Shown piece after piece: positions 60,451 through 64,000 of a DNA stretch of 64,000 bases (the stretch's first letter is position 1; each line of letters opens with the position of its first letter). The position numbers and the translations under genes are program-made. This DNA is from Candidatus Poribacteria bacterium (GTDB lineage Bacteria; Poribacteria; WGA-4E; WGA-3G). Below the pieces are notes generated by a model. It searched no databases. It saw only the letters and a program-made list of their open reading frames with translations, and was not told where the DNA came from. Location of the stretch: contig CBDANF010000003.1 of the NCBI GenBank assembly GCA_965197475.1, forward strand, positions 2,240,001 through 2,304,000, in the 5' to 3' direction.

Positions 60451-61938
60451 TTAATTACTTTCCTTGGGATAGCAGGTTGTCCAACCTTTTACATCGCTAA
60501 AGGCGGCTAAGGTCTTGAGTCGCTTCTCCTCACTATTCTGCTTTCCGTACAACAAAACGTAATCCGATTTCAATCCACCTTTTCTATTATCTTGAAGAAC
60601 TGATCCAGCGGAATAGGCATTTGGATAACATCCAATATATGCAAGTCCAGTAGTTGCCTCCAATTCGCGCAGGCTTTGCCAATAACACTCAGATCTCGCG
60701 TTAAACAGAATTGCCATAAACCCGTTTTTTTTCAGAACGCGAGCACATTGATAAAAAATAGAAGATAATTTTTCATTATATGATCGGATATCTTTGCCAC
60801 GTTCCTTTGCATTTGAAACAACAAGCTCGTGTTCATAGTTAGAATCAAGTCCTATGATGCTGTTCCACATCTCACTAAGTTCTAAATACGGAATCCTATC
60901 TCCGTGAGGTGGGTCTGTTAAGATGACTTTGATTGATCCTGTTGGAATATCCTTGAGAAGCTGTTCTGAGTCTCCCTGTTGGAGATAAACAGTTTCTTCG
61001 CTATCTAAAAAATCATTCAGAATGGGTGAAATCTTGACAGGCTTCGAAACTCCAACCTCTCCAATTGCCTTTAACAATTTGTTGGCTTTGGTTGCATAAC
61101 AATTCCAGGCATTTATCTCAAAGTGCTGCGCGGGACACCAATATCCAACTACCCAACTCCCTACCTCAATTTTATCAGTTTCGATGCCTTTGGTTTTCCC
61201 TCTCTTTGAAACAGCAAAAACCATATTTGACATTTGACCTACTGATGCCGATAGTATAAGATGCAACGCACTCTTTAAGTTTCCAGAGTACTGCTCTATT
61301 TCACCCTTGATTATGTCAATTGTCCTCAACGCCCGTGGAGTAAAAAGTTTTGTAACGGAAAGAGTTTTTTGTGAGTTTATTCTTGAATTGTCAAACAACC
61401 GGAGTTCCCTTAGTCTTATTGGTCGATATTCTTCTGTACTTTGGAGATTCTCAAGTTCCAATTTTGTCAGGTTAAGCTCTACCCTTTTCCTACCACGTTT
61501 TGTCCATACTCGGGTTATCTGGTTATTGTCCCATAGGAAATGCGTAGCTATATTTCCATCTGATAATAGATATATAGAATTAATAAGCGGCCTTATACGT
61601 CTCTCAATTTCATAAATAGCGTTTCTCAAATCTATGTAGTCTGGATGGAGTAAATAAAGTTTTGTTAACTCAATACTAATTGGGTTGACATCAAAACCAA
61701 TAAACCGGCAATTGTGCCTAATACACTCTTTCGCGATAAGACCCGAACCGAGGAAAGGATCTAAAACAATATCATGGGGTAACGTCAGATTTTCTATCAG
61801 AAACCTCCACACCTCGGTAGGTTTTTTCCCCCAATACTTGTGGAATCCGGCAAATCCTTTGTAACCTTCAGGGGATAATTGGTTGTCCTGTACGTCGTTT
61901 CCACCAAAATTGAATTGTGTTTGTAAGTCATTCAACAT
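60451..61938 (-). CDS. DNA amino-methyltransferase (motif I N-terminal, motif IV C-terminal)
   Basis: HKYWGKKP, VLDPFLGSG, ILTDPPHGD.I.Y.ELS. Confidence 0.85.
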   Translation of the reverse strand: MLNDLQTQFNFGGNDVQDNQLSPEGYKGFAGFHKYWGKKPTEVWRFLIENLTLPHDIVLDPFLGSGLIAKECIRHNCRFIGFDVNPISIELTKLYLLHPDYIDLRNAIYEIERRIRPLINSIYLLSDGNIATHFLWDNNQITRVWTKRGRKRVELNLTKLELENLQSTEEYRPIRLRELRLFDNSRINSQKTLSVTKLFTPRALRTIDIIKGEIEQYSGNLKSALHLILSASVGQMSNMVFAVSKRGKTKGIETDKIEVGSWVVGYWCPAQHFEINAWNCYATKANKLLKAIGEVGVSKPVKISPILNDFLDSEETVYLQQGDSEQLLKDIPTGSIKVILTDPPHGDRIPYLELSEMWNSIIGLDSNYEHELVVSNAKERGKDIRSYNEKLSSIFYQCARVLKKNGFMAILFNARSECYWQSLRELEATTGLAYIGCYPNAYSAGSVLQDNRKGGLKSDYVLLYGKQNSEEKRLKTLAAFSDVKGWTTCYPKESN

Positions 61939-62755
61939 TTTGTGTATCCGGTGTCATTGGCGGTTCGCCACTACCAAGTTCTTGATCAATGTGCTTTGAT
62001 TCCTCAGATTCTGCTTTCTTTCTATTCGCTTCGTCAATAGACTGAACATGACTTGCTACATCATGAAAATGAGAAACATCTTGTGCAATAAGAAGTCCTG
62101 GGAGTGTTTCTCCTGTTACTCTATTGGCATGATATGCTGAGACTGTGCCAACAATTTGAATCCCATCTGCTTCCGTAGCATGGATCACCGGACCGCCACT
62201 AACACCGTTAATAGCCACTCCGTCGATCAAATATGCTTTTCGATATTCTTGCTTTGCACTGATATTGCCAGAGAAAAAACAGAGGTCATAAGGAGCAACG
62301 GAGGGAAAGCCGAGCCAACCAACTTCAAAACCTATACTAATTGTAGAATCGCTTGGAAGAAGATTTTTAGGATCTTCTGGGAGAGAAGGCAAATCGCTTT
62401 TCTTGAAAAGAATTACCGCTGAGTCAGTTTCCCAGTCTGTATAAATTACCCTGTGACTCGCCTCTAAAAAGACCGTTTCACCTGATAAATGATGTCGAAT
62501 CCGAATAGGTTGCTGCCAATCATCGGCGTTCCTAACAACATGTAGTGCTGTTGCTACGCGACAAACACTCTTGTCTTGGTTATAAAGGGATAGGAAACCG
62601 GTTCCATGACCAGATTGAGTTTCAATTTTCACAATATGCGGTGTAATTTTGTCAACTATTTGGTCCCAATTCATAATAGTATACCTACCTCTCACCCTGC
62701 TCACGAATCGCAACCAACTCTTCCAAGATACGTTTATGAAGTCGATATAACTCAA
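61928..62755 (-). CDS. Trypsin-like serine protease (likely start at MNWDQIV)
   Basis: GTGF, TALHVV, D.A, LGFP, GVSGGPV; no signal peptide. Confidence 0.8.
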   Translation of the reverse strand: MSYIDFINVSWKSWLRFVSRVRGRYTIMNWDQIVDKITPHIVKIETQSGHGTGFLSLYNQDKSVCRVATALHVVRNADDWQQPIRIRHHLSGETVFLEASHRVIYTDWETDSAVILFKKSDLPSLPEDPKNLLPSDSTISIGFEVGWLGFPSVAPYDLCFFSGNISAKQEYRKAYLIDGVAINGVSGGPVIHATEADGIQIVGTVSAYHANRVTGETLPGLLIAQDVSHFHDVASHVQSIDEANRKKAESEESKHIDQELGSGEPPMTPDTQNVE

Positions 62756-62855
62756 CCCCTATCCCGAAGCCAATACCGACTAATACACCGACTCCTACAA
62801 TAAATACGGTTTTTCGAGACATGTGCCGATCCTTTATTATGTTTAGTGTGTGTTT

Positions 62856-64000
62856 TTACGAAAAGTTTTCAATAATCGCTTCACCGAATTCAGATGTGCG
62901 AACCTTCGTTGCACCTTCCATCAACCGTTCCAGATCGTACGTTACCTTCTTTTGGAGAATAGTCTTCTCAAGTCCAGCAATAATCATATCTGCAGCCTCC
63001 TGCCAACCGATATGTTCCAACATCATCACCGCAGAAAGGATAAGCGAACTCGGATTGACAACATCCTGATCCGTATATTTCGGGGCAGTGCCGTGTGTCG
63101 CTTCAAAAAGTGCCACTTCATCGTTGAGATTACCACCGGGTGCCATGCCAATTCCACCGACCTGTGCCGCCGCTGCATCAGAAAGATAATCCCCATTCAA
63201 ATTAGGCGTGGCAATAACATCGTATTCATCGGTTCGCGTTAGAATCTGTTGTAACATGCTATCCGCGATCCTGTCCTTGATAATGATTTTACCTTCTGGG
63301 ACGTTACCGTCGTATGTGTCATAGAGTTCCGCCTCCGTAATAGTTGAGTCAGCAAACTCCTCTTTAGCGAGTTCATATCCCCAGGCACAGAAAGCCCCCT
63401 CAGTAAACTTCATGATATTCCCTTTGTGGACAAAGGTAACGCTGCGTCTGCCGTGTTCAATTGCGTATTGAATTGCCATCCGTGCCAAACGTTTCGTGCC
63501 GAAAATGCTAATCGGTTTAATGCCAACGCCAGAGTCCTCTCGAATCTCAACACCCATTTCAGTTCGCAGCAGGTCAATAACCTTTTTCACCTCCGGTGTC
63601 CCCTGTTCCCATTCAATACCAGCGTATACATCCTCGGTATTTTCACGGAAGATGACAACATCCATCTTTTCAGGATGCGTAACAGGGGCAGGCACACCTT
63701 GGAAATAGCGGACAGGTCTCACACAAGCATAGAGTTCAAGTACCTGACGTAATGTCACGTTTAAACTGCGAAAACCGCCACCGACAGGGGTTGTTAGTGG
63801 GCCTTTCAGAGCAACACGGAAATGCTCAATTCCTTTGAAGGTATCTTGTGGCAACCATTCATTATATTTATCCATGGCATTTTCGCCAGCGTATATATCA
63901 AACCAAACGATTTGATTCTTACCACCGAAAGCATTGTGGACAGCTGCATCAACGACACGACGGGTTGTTTTCATGATGTCTCGCCCGATACCGTCGCCCT
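62856..64000 (-). CDS. icd: NADP-dependent isocitrate dehydrogenase; 5' end outside the window
   Basis: [48 protein letters not shown]. Confidence 0.97.
   Translation of the reverse strand, partial: GDGIGRDIMKTTRRVVDAAVHNAFGGKNQIVWFDIYAGENAMDKYNEWLPQDTFKGIEHFRVALKGPLTTPVGGGFRSLNVTLRQVLELYACVRPVRYFQGVPAPVTHPEKMDVVIFRENTEDVYAGIEWEQGTPEVKKVIDLLRTEMGVEIREDSGVGIKPISIFGTKRLARMAIQYAIEHGRRSVTFVHKGNIMKFTEGAFCAWGYELAKEEFADSTITEAELYDTYDGNVPEGKIIIKDRIADSMLQQILTRTDEYDVIATPNLNGDYLSDAAAAQVGGIGMAPGGNLNDEVALFEATHGTAPKYTDQDVVNPSSLILSAVMMLEHIGWQEAADMIIAGLEKTILQKKVTYDLERLMEGATKVRTSEFGEAIIENFS

Overview
A 64 kb bacterial chromosomal window. The C-terminal 'VEPxxKLxTxWxxxK' tails and the gene style suggest Candidatus Poribacteria or a relative (inference). 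Housekeeping genes (dinF 3' end, ThDP decarboxylase, dapA, dapF, dusB, nfo, obgE, proB, dnaK, mdh, icd) are interleaved with accessory DNA. The accessory DNA comprises three restriction-modification loci, four IS elements (IS630, IS3 and two IS1595, one with passenger genes), nested MITE/REP structures, a triplicated lipoprotein family with low-complexity linkers, and two modular secreted zinc peptidases. The best candidate for an undescribed system is a co-oriented minus-strand cluster at 8171-15281. It holds a 2-TM coiled-coil protein, two diverged PspA/Vipp1 (ESCRT-III superfamily) paralogues, a zincin-like protein and a classical AAA+ ATPase, i.e. a possible bacterial ESCRT-III plus disassembly-ATPase membrane-remodelling module. 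Several single-base frameshifts, many in homopolymers, suggest long-read consensus errors, so pseudogene calls are tentative. No rRNA, tRNA or CRISPR array was seen. All family assignments are from motif recognition by eye, not database searches.
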